From a virus, in the IMG/VR virus record IMGVR_UViG_3300023176_002545: a DNA stretch of 64,000 bases; one strand, written 5' to 3'. The notes beneath the pieces were generated by a model, which was given only the letters and a program-made list of their open reading frames with translations, did no database searches and was not told the DNA's origin. Positions 10,185 to 19,790 of this stretch are shown here, in pieces. How positions within the stretch are numbered: the first letter of the stretch is position 1; each line of letters starts with the position of its first letter. A program made the position numbers and the translations under genes.

Positions 10185-11152
10185 TTGTAAAACTACAAAA
10201 TAATCAAGCACAAGATACACTTCGCATAGAATACATGCTGGGCAATCTCTGCAATCATAAATGCTACTACTGTTTTCCGGGCAGTAACGAAGGCGATCAA
10301 CCTTGGCCTGATATTGACATAGTCAAACAGAATCTAGGACACCTATTAGAACATTATCGCAACAATGGCAAACCCAAAAGCGAAATATTCTTTGTTGGCG
10401 GTGAACCTACACTGTGGAAAGGCTTGCCTGAACTGTGTACATACTTGAAAGAAAAGTTTGATACACGAATCGAAATAAGTTCAAACGGTAGTAAAAGCAT
10501 AAGTTGGTGGAAACGTGAAGCACATAACTTTGATATAGTTGGCATAAGTGTACACAATGAATTTGCAAAATTAGATCATATTAGTGAAGTGTGTGATATT
10601 TTATATGAGAACAATGTTATGGTAAACGCAGATGTTCTTATGGATCCTTTAGAGTTCGACAAGTGCAAAGAAAACATTGAATATCTAAAAGATAATTCTA
10701 AATATGAATGGACTATAATTGCTAAACTTGTACATTTTTCTGGTGAACATAGATATACAGATCTACAACTTGACTATTTTCAAGATCCAATAAAGCGTTA
10801 TCCTAACAAAGAATGGTACGAAAAGAATGTTAGAAAACCGGAGACACTTATTGCAGTATACAAGCAAGGATTTAGACCGTTCATAGTAAAAGATGATAAT
10901 TGGGTAATAAGAAATAAACTAAATCATTTTAAAGATTGGACCTGTAACATTGGTGTTGATTTTATAAAAATTTTTAGTAGCGGACAAATCAGTGGTAACT
11001 GTCAGCAAATATTATACGGTGACAAAATTCACCATAACTTATACAGTAAAGATTTTATACAAAAATACAATCCTAAGATAGTGCCTGTAAAATGTACACA
11101 GGATATTTGTGGTTGTAGTGAAGAAGCATCATGTACAAAAAGAATTTTTTAG
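10181..11152 (+). CDS. Radical SAM protein
   Basis: CNHKCYYC, FVGGEP, WTCNIG..C..CTQDICGC; ATGA overlap with upstream stop. Confidence 0.9.
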   Translation: MIVKLQNNQAQDTLRIEYMLGNLCNHKCYYCFPGSNEGDQPWPDIDIVKQNLGHLLEHYRNNGKPKSEIFFVGGEPTLWKGLPELCTYLKEKFDTRIEISSNGSKSISWWKREAHNFDIVGISVHNEFAKLDHISEVCDILYENNVMVNADVLMDPLEFDKCKENIEYLKDNSKYEWTIIAKLVHFSGEHRYTDLQLDYFQDPIKRYPNKEWYEKNVRKPETLIAVYKQGFRPFIVKDDNWVIRNKLNHFKDWTCNIGVDFIKIFSSGQISGNCQQILYGDKIHHNLYSKDFIQKYNPKIVPVKCTQDICGCSEEASCTKRIF

Positions 11153-12183
11153 ACACACTAGAACCTAATTACTTTCACATAGAATGGGAAAGCACTCTAA
11201 AGTGTAATCTTGACTGTAGTTATTGTGGCGATGGGCATAACAATAAAATACCTCACCCATCTCTTGAAGACAGTTTGCACACTCTTGATTTTATTGTAGA
11301 CTATGTTAGTGTACAATTTAAAACTCGTCCTAAAGCATTACAACAAGCAAGTTTAAATATTTTAGGTGGTGAAAGTTTATTTCATCCTAATATATTAGAA
11401 ATACTTGATTACGTAGATCAAAAAAAGAAACAAGTTGACTGGCAATTTTATATTGGAACTATTACAAATGCAGTAGTTGGAAAACGTTTGTGGAAAAGTA
11501 TAGTTGAAATGTTAGACTATTTTACAGTTAGTTTTCATGCAGAAGCATTACCAAAACAACGCAAACAAGTAAAAGACAATTTATTATATCTTAAAAAACA
11601 AAATAAGAACTTTCATGTTAGCATAATGATGCATCCTAAACAATGGGACGTTTGTATTAACATGATAGAGTTTTGTAAAAATCATGACATGCGATACGAA
11701 ACTCGTCAAATCGATCACGATTGGTTTGATTGGCGATTTAATTATACACCAGAACAAGCAGAATTTATAACAGGAAAACGTCCTGCTAGTTTATTGCAAA
11801 CTGCAACAGCAATAGTAACACAAGGTGTAAATCTAAGTGCAGAAGGTAGAGCCTGCTGCGGTGGACAAACGCTATGTACAAATTCAGGTTGTACTAAATT
11901 TGTAGATAATAGATTCAAAGGTTGGAATTGCAGTGTAGATAAATTCTTTTTGTACATTAGACAAACTACTGGAGAGATATTTACTAATAAAGACTGTAGA
12001 ATGAACTTTGATGGAAAAGTTGGTCCTATAGGAAATCTTAAAAATACACAAGCATTATTAGACAGAGTAGAACAAGGCACTGACACTATTGTTTGTAAAA
12101 AGTCTAGATGTTGGTGCGGCATTTGTGCTCCTAAAGCACTAGACAAAAAAGACTATGAGAGTATAATGACAAGATATGTTTAA
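11131..12183 (+). CDS. Radical SAM protein (CCGG subtype)
   Basis: CNLDCSYC, ILGGES, GRACCGG, CKKSRCWCGICAPK. Confidence 0.9.
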   Translation: MYKKNFLDTLEPNYFHIEWESTLKCNLDCSYCGDGHNNKIPHPSLEDSLHTLDFIVDYVSVQFKTRPKALQQASLNILGGESLFHPNILEILDYVDQKKKQVDWQFYIGTITNAVVGKRLWKSIVEMLDYFTVSFHAEALPKQRKQVKDNLLYLKKQNKNFHVSIMMHPKQWDVCINMIEFCKNHDMRYETRQIDHDWFDWRFNYTPEQAEFITGKRPASLLQTATAIVTQGVNLSAEGRACCGGQTLCTNSGCTKFVDNRFKGWNCSVDKFFLYIRQTTGEIFTNKDCRMNFDGKVGPIGNLKNTQALLDRVEQGTDTIVCKKSRCWCGICAPKALDKKDYESIMTRYV

Positions 12184-13420
12184 TTGGTATGTAAAAAATA
12201 AACTAGGCGAAAGTCTATGTTTAGCAAAGTGGACTAACAGCACAATGCATTTGGGCATAGGAAAGAATCACAGTTGTCATCATCCTAATCCACATGTTGT
12301 TCCTGTTGAAGAAGTGCAAGCAGATCCTAGTGCATTGCACAATAGCTCATACAAACGTAGTGTCAGAAATCAAATGCTCAACGGAGAACGTCCTAGTGAG
12401 TGTGATTACTGTTGGCGTATAGAAGAAACAGAAAAATATAGTGATCGTGTTCTTATGAGCAAGAAGCGTGACAGTTGGCCACATCGCAAAGATATCATTG
12501 CCACTGACAGATACGATCCTACTATGCTAGAAGTTAGTTTCTCAAACGTGTGCAACTTTAAATGTGCATACTGTGGACCACAGTTTAGCAGTTTGTGGAC
12601 TAGCGAAATATCTAACCTTGGTGCGTATCCTACTTCCGACAGTTACAACCAAATACACGAAAAACAAATACTAGACAGAGAACACAATCCTTACATTGAA
12701 GCGTTCTGGGAATATTTGCCTACTATGTATGACAAATTACATACACTTCGTATTACTGGTGGTGAACCTATGCTTAGTAGACACACTGAAAAACTGTTAG
12801 AATATATTACGCAACATCCTAACAAAAAACTTACAGTTGTAATCAACAGCAACCTAGGTGCTCCAAAACACATCATTGCTAACTTTATTGAACTGCTTGA
12901 AAAAGTGCAGAAAAATGTAAAGCGTATAGAAATAGCAACCAGTGGAGAAAGTTATGGCGGACAAGCAGAATATGTTCGTGACGGATTAAACTATCGAGAA
13001 TGGTTATTGAACTGTTATTATGTACTAGCAGCATTGCCTAAACTAAGACTTAACTTGATGTGTGCATACAACGTTTTAAGTATAACAAGTTTTGCTAGAT
13101 TTCTAGATGATGTAGTTGCCCTTAAAAAAGAATATAAACGTGTTACGCTCAGTGTTAGTTATGTAAGGCATCCTAGTTTCCTACATGTATCACTAGCACC
13201 TAAAGTATGGAGACCTATACTAGAAGCAAGTTGCGAAAAAATTAAAAAGCATTTTAATAGCGAAACAGTCAAACGTTTTAAGTTTGTACTAGCAGAGTTT
13301 GATAAGCAACCTACAGAAACACAGTTGCAAGATTTCAAACTGTTTATTTCAGAGTATGATAAACGTAGAGAGAAAAAGTTTTTAGATGTTTTTGGCGAGT
13401 ATGGCTGTATAGTCGGATAG
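12176..13420 (+). CDS. Radical SAM protein with N-terminal twitch-like domain (paralog of 1196-2581)
   Basis: CNFKCAYC, ITGGEP, CLAKW..HSCHHP..CDYCW. Confidence 0.9.
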   Translation: MFNWYVKNKLGESLCLAKWTNSTMHLGIGKNHSCHHPNPHVVPVEEVQADPSALHNSSYKRSVRNQMLNGERPSECDYCWRIEETEKYSDRVLMSKKRDSWPHRKDIIATDRYDPTMLEVSFSNVCNFKCAYCGPQFSSLWTSEISNLGAYPTSDSYNQIHEKQILDREHNPYIEAFWEYLPTMYDKLHTLRITGGEPMLSRHTEKLLEYITQHPNKKLTVVINSNLGAPKHIIANFIELLEKVQKNVKRIEIATSGESYGGQAEYVRDGLNYREWLLNCYYVLAALPKLRLNLMCAYNVLSITSFARFLDDVVALKKEYKRVTLSVSYVRHPSFLHVSLAPKVWRPILEASCEKIKKHFNSETVKRFKFVLAEFDKQPTETQLQDFKLFISEYDKRREKKFLDVFGEYGCIVG

Positions 13421-14449
13421 TTCTTTAGCCTTAGGCACACACATTCCACAACCACATCTTTCATTAGGGCAAACAATAGTTCGTTCTTTGTTTGCGTTTG
13501 CATAAGCAAGTATACTATCAGTGTCTTTAAGGGTGCCTACAGGGCCTCTTAGACCGTCGTGTAGTGCTTGACAGGTCTGATGGTGATACACATTGCCCGT
13601 GTGTTGATCAATGTGTAAGAAGTACTTATTGACGCTGCAAAACCATCCTTTAAAATGTGTATCGACTAGCTCAACTGCTTGCCACTCACCGTTTACTTTG
13701 CCCTGTAAACAGCGACCGCCACAGCATTTACGTCCTAATTCTGTTCCTGCTTTAATTCCTTCGCTAGGTTTTGAAGAATTGGTATAATTGTAAAACCATT
13801 CCTGTTGTTCGTCTGTATAATCGTGTGTTGTTCTACGCAAATTACCATCTGTATCAACAAACCAACCTTTGCGTTCAACATTGCCGTCACCAATAGGACG
13901 AGGATTGTGTTTGATACCTAATATTTTTAACTTTTCACACATTTTAACACCATCAGTCCAGTTGTCTGTGTGCAGCATTACATTAACTTGTAACCAAATA
14001 CCAGCTCTGTGCAATAGTTTAATGTTATCGATTGTTTGTTTTCTTAGTCTAGCGTGACCTTCAGTATGGTAACTTACAGTTACACCGTCAAATAACTTAG
14101 CAATACGATCTGTATTACTTGGATGCCAAGCACCATTAGTAGTTAAACTAAGTCTAAAACGTGTTTCTGTATTTTTAATATGTTCTGCTAGTTGCCAAAA
14201 CGCAGGATTAATTGTAGGCTCACCGCCTGTAAAGTTTATGTTAACTAAATCTGAATATATGCTGGTATACTCTTTTATAAATTCAAAAGTTTTTAACAAT
14301 TCTTCGTAACTATGCGGAGGACTTACATTGTCGTGGCGACTTGCTTCGCAGTATGAACAGTCAAAGTTACATCTACGTCCAGTATCCCAAGTAACCATTA
14401 AGCGTTCTGGTCCTGTTAAGTTTATAGCACTAGTTTGTATCATTCGCAA
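13382..14449 (-). CDS. Radical SAM protein (CCGG subtype, paralog of 11131-12183)
   Basis: CNFDCSYC, FTGGEP, GRKCCGG, CPNERCGCGMCVPK. Confidence 0.9.
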   Translation of the reverse strand: MRMIQTSAINLTGPERLMVTWDTGRRCNFDCSYCEASRHDNVSPPHSYEELLKTFEFIKEYTSIYSDLVNINFTGGEPTINPAFWQLAEHIKNTETRFRLSLTTNGAWHPSNTDRIAKLFDGVTVSYHTEGHARLRKQTIDNIKLLHRAGIWLQVNVMLHTDNWTDGVKMCEKLKILGIKHNPRPIGDGNVERKGWFVDTDGNLRRTTHDYTDEQQEWFYNYTNSSKPSEGIKAGTELGRKCCGGRCLQGKVNGEWQAVELVDTHFKGWFCSVNKYFLHIDQHTGNVYHHQTCQALHDGLRGPVGTLKDTDSILAYANANKERTIVCPNERCGCGMCVPKAKELSDYTAILAKNI

Positions 14450-15338
14450 CCTTTGTTAACGGAATGTCAGCAGCACAAGTACACCATTTGCGTGTACAAA
14501 TAACTGCTTCTTCAGGCGGTTCAAATGATCCATCGTATATATTTCCCAAACTTCCGCCTACTCTGCAAGTAGCTCGATGCACATCACCATCCCAATTAAT
14601 CATTAAACTCTCTAATCCTGCATTACAAGTCCAACCTTCAAACTGATTACGTTGTTCTTTAATAATATCATTAGCGTGTGCAAGTTCTTCATCGTCAATA
14701 ACGCAGTTTTCTTTGGCAGTAGACTTTTGATCTAGTATCCAACGCAGATCTTTTTCTTTATATTTCATGTCATCAAACCAATCGTGCTTTTCTGTCCAGC
14801 GTATACGTCTAACAACATAAGGAATATTGTGGCCGTCAAACATCATTGCACACTGTTTTACTCTGTCCATGTGTTCGTGATGTGCCATTAGATTAACTTG
14901 ATAAGGAATATTCTTTTCAATTTCGTTTAGTTGTGACCAATGAAGTATATTGTCAGCACATCGACGCCAATTTTTATCATCTTCTACATGCAAACTAAAC
15001 ACATAATGACTTACAGGAAGTCTATTATATAGTTCTGGCGGCAGTGTTGCATTGGTTGTTATGTTAACCCAATCTAATCGTTGGCTAGCGTGTTCAACAA
15101 TTTCTTCTATATCAGGATGCACACAAGGCTCACCACCTGTTAAACTTAGTCTAATAGGTTTACCTATTTCATAGAGTGCGTCTATTACATCTAGCATAAC
15201 TTTAACATTGGTATGTGGACTAAAGTTGTCATGTATTTCCGCAGGACAATAGGTACAATCTAAATTACAGCGTTTACCAATGTTCCATTCAACATGAATA
15301 CTGTCTTGATGATCCCATCTGCTAGTTATTGAATACAT
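14430..15338 (-). CDS. Radical SAM protein
   Basis: CNLDCTYC, LTGGEP, WTCNAG..C..CTRKWCTC. Confidence 0.9.
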   Translation of the reverse strand: MYSITSRWDHQDSIHVEWNIGKRCNLDCTYCPAEIHDNFSPHTNVKVMLDVIDALYEIGKPIRLSLTGGEPCVHPDIEEIVEHASQRLDWVNITTNATLPPELYNRLPVSHYVFSLHVEDDKNWRRCADNILHWSQLNEIEKNIPYQVNLMAHHEHMDRVKQCAMMFDGHNIPYVVRRIRWTEKHDWFDDMKYKEKDLRWILDQKSTAKENCVIDDEELAHANDIIKEQRNQFEGWTCNAGLESLMINWDGDVHRATCRVGGSLGNIYDGSFEPPEEAVICTRKWCTCAADIPLTKVANDTN

Positions 15339-16138
15339 TCTACGCCCTTAACTTTATTAAATGATTTTAAGTATTCTATATCTATACCATTTACAGCTAA
15401 GTCTGCAACAGGAATCATACCTAAATTTATATTCTTAAATGTAAAAGATTGTAATTTAAGCCAAAGTTTTATATATGCTTTTCTTATAGCATACAACCAA
15501 TAAGGAATAGTAGGACCAAACTTAACCATAAAATCTGCACTATAATATTCTTGTGGTCTAACACCTTGTGCTATGCTGTCTTTGTCTTTAAAAACATCTA
15601 ATACAGTTTTACCTACTTGACAGTAGTTAATATAAACAGTACCATGTGTCCATCTAAATGTAAAGTGCTTCATATCTTCTTCTGTTAGATTTATTATAGG
15701 TCTGTCTTTGAATGTAACAACTACAGTAGGATGATTTTTTGTTCTAAGTTCTGCTTCTAGTTTGTGTATTAGTACATTAAATCGTTCAACTGCTTCTTGT
15801 GCTTCACTAGGTGCAGTATTAAACCACTCTGTTCCTTTATCTACTTCGCCGCGTAGGTCTTCAAAGAACTTGTGTAAGTAGTTTAAATCTCCTTGCATAT
15901 CAGTGCTTGCACTACTAATATATCGATCAATACAAACTCCATGTTGATTTATTTTAGTAATACACTCATTAAGTTCTGGAATAAGATTTTGTGTACCCCA
16001 ATTAGTAAATCTATCTGTTTCGTAAAGCTCGTAATTTTTCAACAGTTCCTCAAACCATTTTTTAGCAATGCTAGTATTTCTTACAGTGAAAGGTATACTA
16101 ACATTTTCCTTGTCATTTGTCAATACCAAATTAAACAT
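15326..16138 (-). CDS. Hypothetical protein
   Basis: Long ORF packed between radical SAM genes; second Met (MFNLVL) is the likely start. Confidence 0.7.
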   Translation of the reverse strand: MFNLVLTNDKENVSIPFTVRNTSIAKKWFEELLKNYELYETDRFTNWGTQNLIPELNECITKINQHGVCIDRYISSASTDMQGDLNYLHKFFEDLRGEVDKGTEWFNTAPSEAQEAVERFNVLIHKLEAELRTKNHPTVVVTFKDRPIINLTEEDMKHFTFRWTHGTVYINYCQVGKTVLDVFKDKDSIAQGVRPQEYYSADFMVKFGPTIPYWLYAIRKAYIKLWLKLQSFTFKNINLGMIPVADLAVNGIDIEYLKSFNKVKGVECIQ

Positions 16139-17399
16139 ATGGAGCAAACTCCGGATTAGTAGCAAGAAAATCCTGTCCACGAGTTGCGTCTAAACGTTTA
16201 TTAAATTCAATACAGTCAGCCCAGTGTGTGTCGTGCATATCTTTTGCTTCTAAGAAGTTTATGTTGTCTTGTATTTGTTGTAGAGTAACTTGTTTTACAA
16301 TATCGTGTTCTTTTACAAGTTTGTATTCAAGCACCTTATGCTTCATTTGCTCAAGGCGATTAACTATACCTGTCTTTAATAACTTTGGTAGTACTTGTGC
16401 AGAAAGTGCCATTGGATAGTTTACACGATGCGAGTAAAATATAATGCCCATTTCTTCTAAAAAGTATTCTATTACTTTGTCAATCTGCATAATGTTATTT
16501 GCTTGTACAGTAAACGCACCAACTACACGACTTACATTAGGAAATGATTTAAAAACTTTTACGTTTTCTTCTATTTCGCTAAACTTGCCATTGCCTCTAA
16601 TATATTCGTAGACATCGTGTATGCCGTCTATGCTTACATTTACAGCAATGCTTTTAAACTTAGGCCAATAGTCGTGTATAGTACGTCCGCCTTTAATGCC
16701 TAGTGTAGTTCCGTTTGTAGCATACTTTAATTCTATTTGATGACCATACTCTGCAAGTTTGTCTAGTATCTTGTAATGATATGGATCCATTAGAGGTTCG
16801 CCACCGGCAAACTCTACTCTACGGAAGTACGGTAATAGTTTTTCAAAACTTGTCCACCAATTGTCACTATTGTCAAACGGACCAATATATTGACCTGGAA
16901 CATCAACTAATTTTTGAACAGTAGGTACAAGATAGTTTTCTTCCTTTTCATAAAATTCTGTAACTTGATCCCAATCTTTCCAACTTGTGCTGTCCAAAGG
17001 ATTGCACATACGACACTTCAAATTACATAAATTATTGAGTTTGATTTCCATTGTAGGAAGCTCAAATGGCATGCTATAATCTTCGTTTAAAGCGTCTAGT
17101 GCATCAGGGTATAAGTTGACCCTTGCTTCTGGTATAACACCCGCTGTATGACGCTGTCGTAAGCTCTGTACACCCTGATCTTCAAGGTCAAAGCACGGTT
17201 TGCATACATCTGGACGCTCGTTATTGAGAACTTGTTTTCGAACAAGTTTCATTGCATCCGAATTCCATGCTTCTTCTAAACTTTGATTTTGGATCCATGC
17301 AATTGGCTGACTGCGACAGCACACTTTAATTGCACCATCTTCTCTAGTTGCCAATCCAGTAAATGGATGCATACAAAATGTACAACTATTTGATTTCAT
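16131..17399 (-). CDS. Radical SAM protein with N-terminal twitch-like domain (paralog of 8772-10184)
   Basis: CNLKCRMC, FAGGEP, FCMHPF..CC..CKPC. Confidence 0.9.
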   Translation of the reverse strand: MKSNSCTFCMHPFTGLATREDGAIKVCCRSQPIAWIQNQSLEEAWNSDAMKLVRKQVLNNERPDVCKPCFDLEDQGVQSLRQRHTAGVIPEARVNLYPDALDALNEDYSMPFELPTMEIKLNNLCNLKCRMCNPLDSTSWKDWDQVTEFYEKEENYLVPTVQKLVDVPGQYIGPFDNSDNWWTSFEKLLPYFRRVEFAGGEPLMDPYHYKILDKLAEYGHQIELKYATNGTTLGIKGGRTIHDYWPKFKSIAVNVSIDGIHDVYEYIRGNGKFSEIEENVKVFKSFPNVSRVVGAFTVQANNIMQIDKVIEYFLEEMGIIFYSHRVNYPMALSAQVLPKLLKTGIVNRLEQMKHKVLEYKLVKEHDIVKQVTLQQIQDNINFLEAKDMHDTHWADCIEFNKRLDATRGQDFLATNPEFAPYV

Positions 17400-17404
17400 A
17401 TCAA

Positions 17405-17448
17405 TATTTACCGTAATTAAACTAGCAGTTTATTAGAAGCGATAAGTA
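17405..17448. promoter_or_regulatory. Back-to-back late-promoter-like motifs, each 5 nt before an ATG
   Basis: minus: GGTAAATA-TTGAT-ATG(17399); plus: GATAAGTA-CTACT-ATG(17454); no SD sequence on either side. Confidence 0.6.
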
Positions 17449-17453
17449 CTACT

Positions 17454-18119
17454 ATGTTAACAAAAACAGGTATATTAGTAGATACAGATAAAATTATTGA
17501 CTGTTTGCCAACAATGGACGTAGGCAAGCACGAGTTATCAACGCCAACTGGAGACTTCTTTTACGATCCTTGGCAACTAAAACCAGAATATGTTGGAACA
17601 GAACTAGAAGTATTGTTTAACAGATTAGAACGTCCGGGGCAAGTTAGAGTAAATGTACTAAAAGAAGGACATTGTTATCAACAGCATTCTGATATAGATG
17701 ATAGATATCATTTGTCATTAGATGGTGTAGAGTGTTACCTAATAGATCTTAGCAACGGACAAATGTTTCCAACAACCAAAGACCATCACGTATATGAAAT
17801 GGATGCTGGCCGTTTACACAGTGCAGCAAACTTTGGTTATTATCCAAGATGCCAACTTGTAATACGCAAATTATTACAGCGTAATAAATTATCCAATCCT
17901 GTTAGTGTTGCATTAAAAGCAACACCTGTACCTAGATTGCGTTACAACTTTGATCAAACATTTAGTGTATGGCTCAACAAGTCAAACAAATTAGGAACTA
18001 TCAGCAACTTTAATAAACGCAGTGAAACACATATAAGTTTTGATATAGAGTCTGCTAATCTTAATGAAGTAGAACAACTTGTTGATCAAAGTGGATTACC
18101 TATTGAGATTATTTTATGA
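17454..18119 (+). CDS. 2OG-Fe(II) oxygenase, aspartyl/asparaginyl beta-hydroxylase-like
   Basis: HxD (QHSD)...H (LHSAAN) facial triad followed by R (PRCQL). Confidence 0.6.
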   Translation: MLTKTGILVDTDKIIDCLPTMDVGKHELSTPTGDFFYDPWQLKPEYVGTELEVLFNRLERPGQVRVNVLKEGHCYQQHSDIDDRYHLSLDGVECYLIDLSNGQMFPTTKDHHVYEMDAGRLHSAANFGYYPRCQLVIRKLLQRNKLSNPVSVALKATPVPRLRYNFDQTFSVWLNKSNKLGTISNFNKRSETHISFDIESANLNEVEQLVDQSGLPIEIIL

Positions 18120-18658
18120 AAACTTTAGAAAAATATCATAACGGAGTGCTTGGTCCTGTAAGTGCTTTGTATGAAGCACGATACAATGACTATTGTATGT
18201 TTATACAGTTTAAAGATAAATTTTGGTTTGACAGAGAAATGCAATATTACAATGAACTCAAAGGCAAACCTTACTGTTATAAAATGTTAGAAGTTGACAA
18301 GTCGCAGTTACTAATATCTTATGGTTATCAAAAAAATCTAAATCATTTGATTTATGAAAATGCTTCAATAGAATTTGACTACAAACAAGAAGTTAGAAAA
18401 ATATTAGACGATTTAGAACAACAAGGTATAAAAAAGATTAATGTATATCCACACACATTTTTTGTAGAAGACGGCCAATTAAAAATATCAGACTTATACG
18501 GATGCACTACAAAGTTTACACTAATACCGCAAGAAATGTTAGGTAACATAATAAATGATGAACAAAGATTTAAATTTATAGACGGATATCTTGATTGTGA
18601 AGCATCGTATGATTATACAATTAAAAACAGTACAAACTATTGGCCGGAGGAGATTTAA
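18116..18658 (+). CDS. Protein-kinase-like fold protein, probable pseudokinase
   Basis: FDREMQYY alphaC-like helix; NVYPHTFFVEDGQLKISDLYG matches catalytic loop/DFG spacing without the catalytic Asp. Confidence 0.5.
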   Translation: MKTLEKYHNGVLGPVSALYEARYNDYCMFIQFKDKFWFDREMQYYNELKGKPYCYKMLEVDKSQLLISYGYQKNLNHLIYENASIEFDYKQEVRKILDDLEQQGIKKINVYPHTFFVEDGQLKISDLYGCTTKFTLIPQEMLGNIINDEQRFKFIDGYLDCEASYDYTIKNSTNYWPEEI

Positions 18659-19203
18659 TGGCAGAGTTTATTGGAATATGTGACACAATAGACTGGCAAG
18701 GATTGCTAGAAAAATTAATGCAAGAAGAAGCAGGCTATGTAGGACCTAGACACGATGTAGGCATGGATGTGCCTGGCATTGAAGAAGTGGGCGGTCCTTT
18801 ACGTGCAGCAGGATACAAAATGGACCACGAAGGTGGCAATATGCGTTGGGATATGCTGTTACCAGGCGAACAGTTTGACCAATCTATTGCAGATAAGTTC
18901 TGTGAGTTTGTAGGCATGGACAGTTATATTAATTGTTGGATTAGTCGTGTAAAGCCAGGCGATGTTGCACCTTGGCATTGGGACGTTACAGATGATGAAA
19001 AAACACTTGAAGCAGGTAAACCCCTGCAACGTTATCATTGTCATGTGAGCGGACCTGAAGATGGTCATACACTTATTGTAGGCGATACTTGTTTGTACAA
19101 ACAACCACAAGGTGCAGTATGGAAGTGGCCTGATCGTAAAAGTTGGCATGCTGGTGCAAATGCAGGACTAGTGCCTAAGTATCTGTTTAACATTTGGGGA
19201 TAA
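18658..19203 (+). CDS. 2OG-Fe(II) oxygenase
   Basis: PWHWD...WHAGAN...KYLF. Confidence 0.65.
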   Translation: MAEFIGICDTIDWQGLLEKLMQEEAGYVGPRHDVGMDVPGIEEVGGPLRAAGYKMDHEGGNMRWDMLLPGEQFDQSIADKFCEFVGMDSYINCWISRVKPGDVAPWHWDVTDDEKTLEAGKPLQRYHCHVSGPEDGHTLIVGDTCLYKQPQGAVWKWPDRKSWHAGANAGLVPKYLFNIWG

Positions 19204-19204
19204 T

Positions 19205-19790
19205 ATGAAAGCAATAATAACTGGAGCAAGTTCCGACATAGGAAAACTTATAGTAGATCATTTTGATTTTGATTGGGTTCCTGTTGATAGAACACACGGT
19301 ATTACTTTGCCAGATGATGCTGACATGATAAAAGAAGCAATAAGACATAGTGATTTATTTTTTAACATTGCACAGTTTGATACAATACAATCTGATTTGT
19401 TAGCAATGGTTTGGAATGTTTGGAATATGCAAGAAAACAAAACTCCTAAAAAAATTATTAGTTTTGGTAGTATAGTTACAGAAATGTCCATGCAAACTAT
19501 TTTAGATCTTAATGACTTTGATTATTTTAATAGAGCTAGAAAAGAGTGGATATATTGCAGAAAAACTTTTGTTAAACAAAACACACGATGAGTACAAAAA
19601 TCTTCATCTTACAGGATATAACAAAGGCTACGCTTTACCTCAAAGCATACTAATTAAACTTGGAAATGTTCTTTACAAAGAACTAAGAAGTCACGAACCA
19701 TACACAACAGCTGAACAACTACTTAATGCTATTGATTATGTTGTTAACAATGAAACGTATATTAGTGATTTAGAGTTACGCTGGAATTAA
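19205..19790 (+). pseudogene. Short-chain dehydrogenase/Rossmann gene split by a +1 frameshift near 19525
   Basis: ORF 19205-19591 has TGASSDIG and ISFGS; the YxxxK motif (YIAEK) lies in the +1 frame ORF 19512-19790. Confidence 0.6.
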
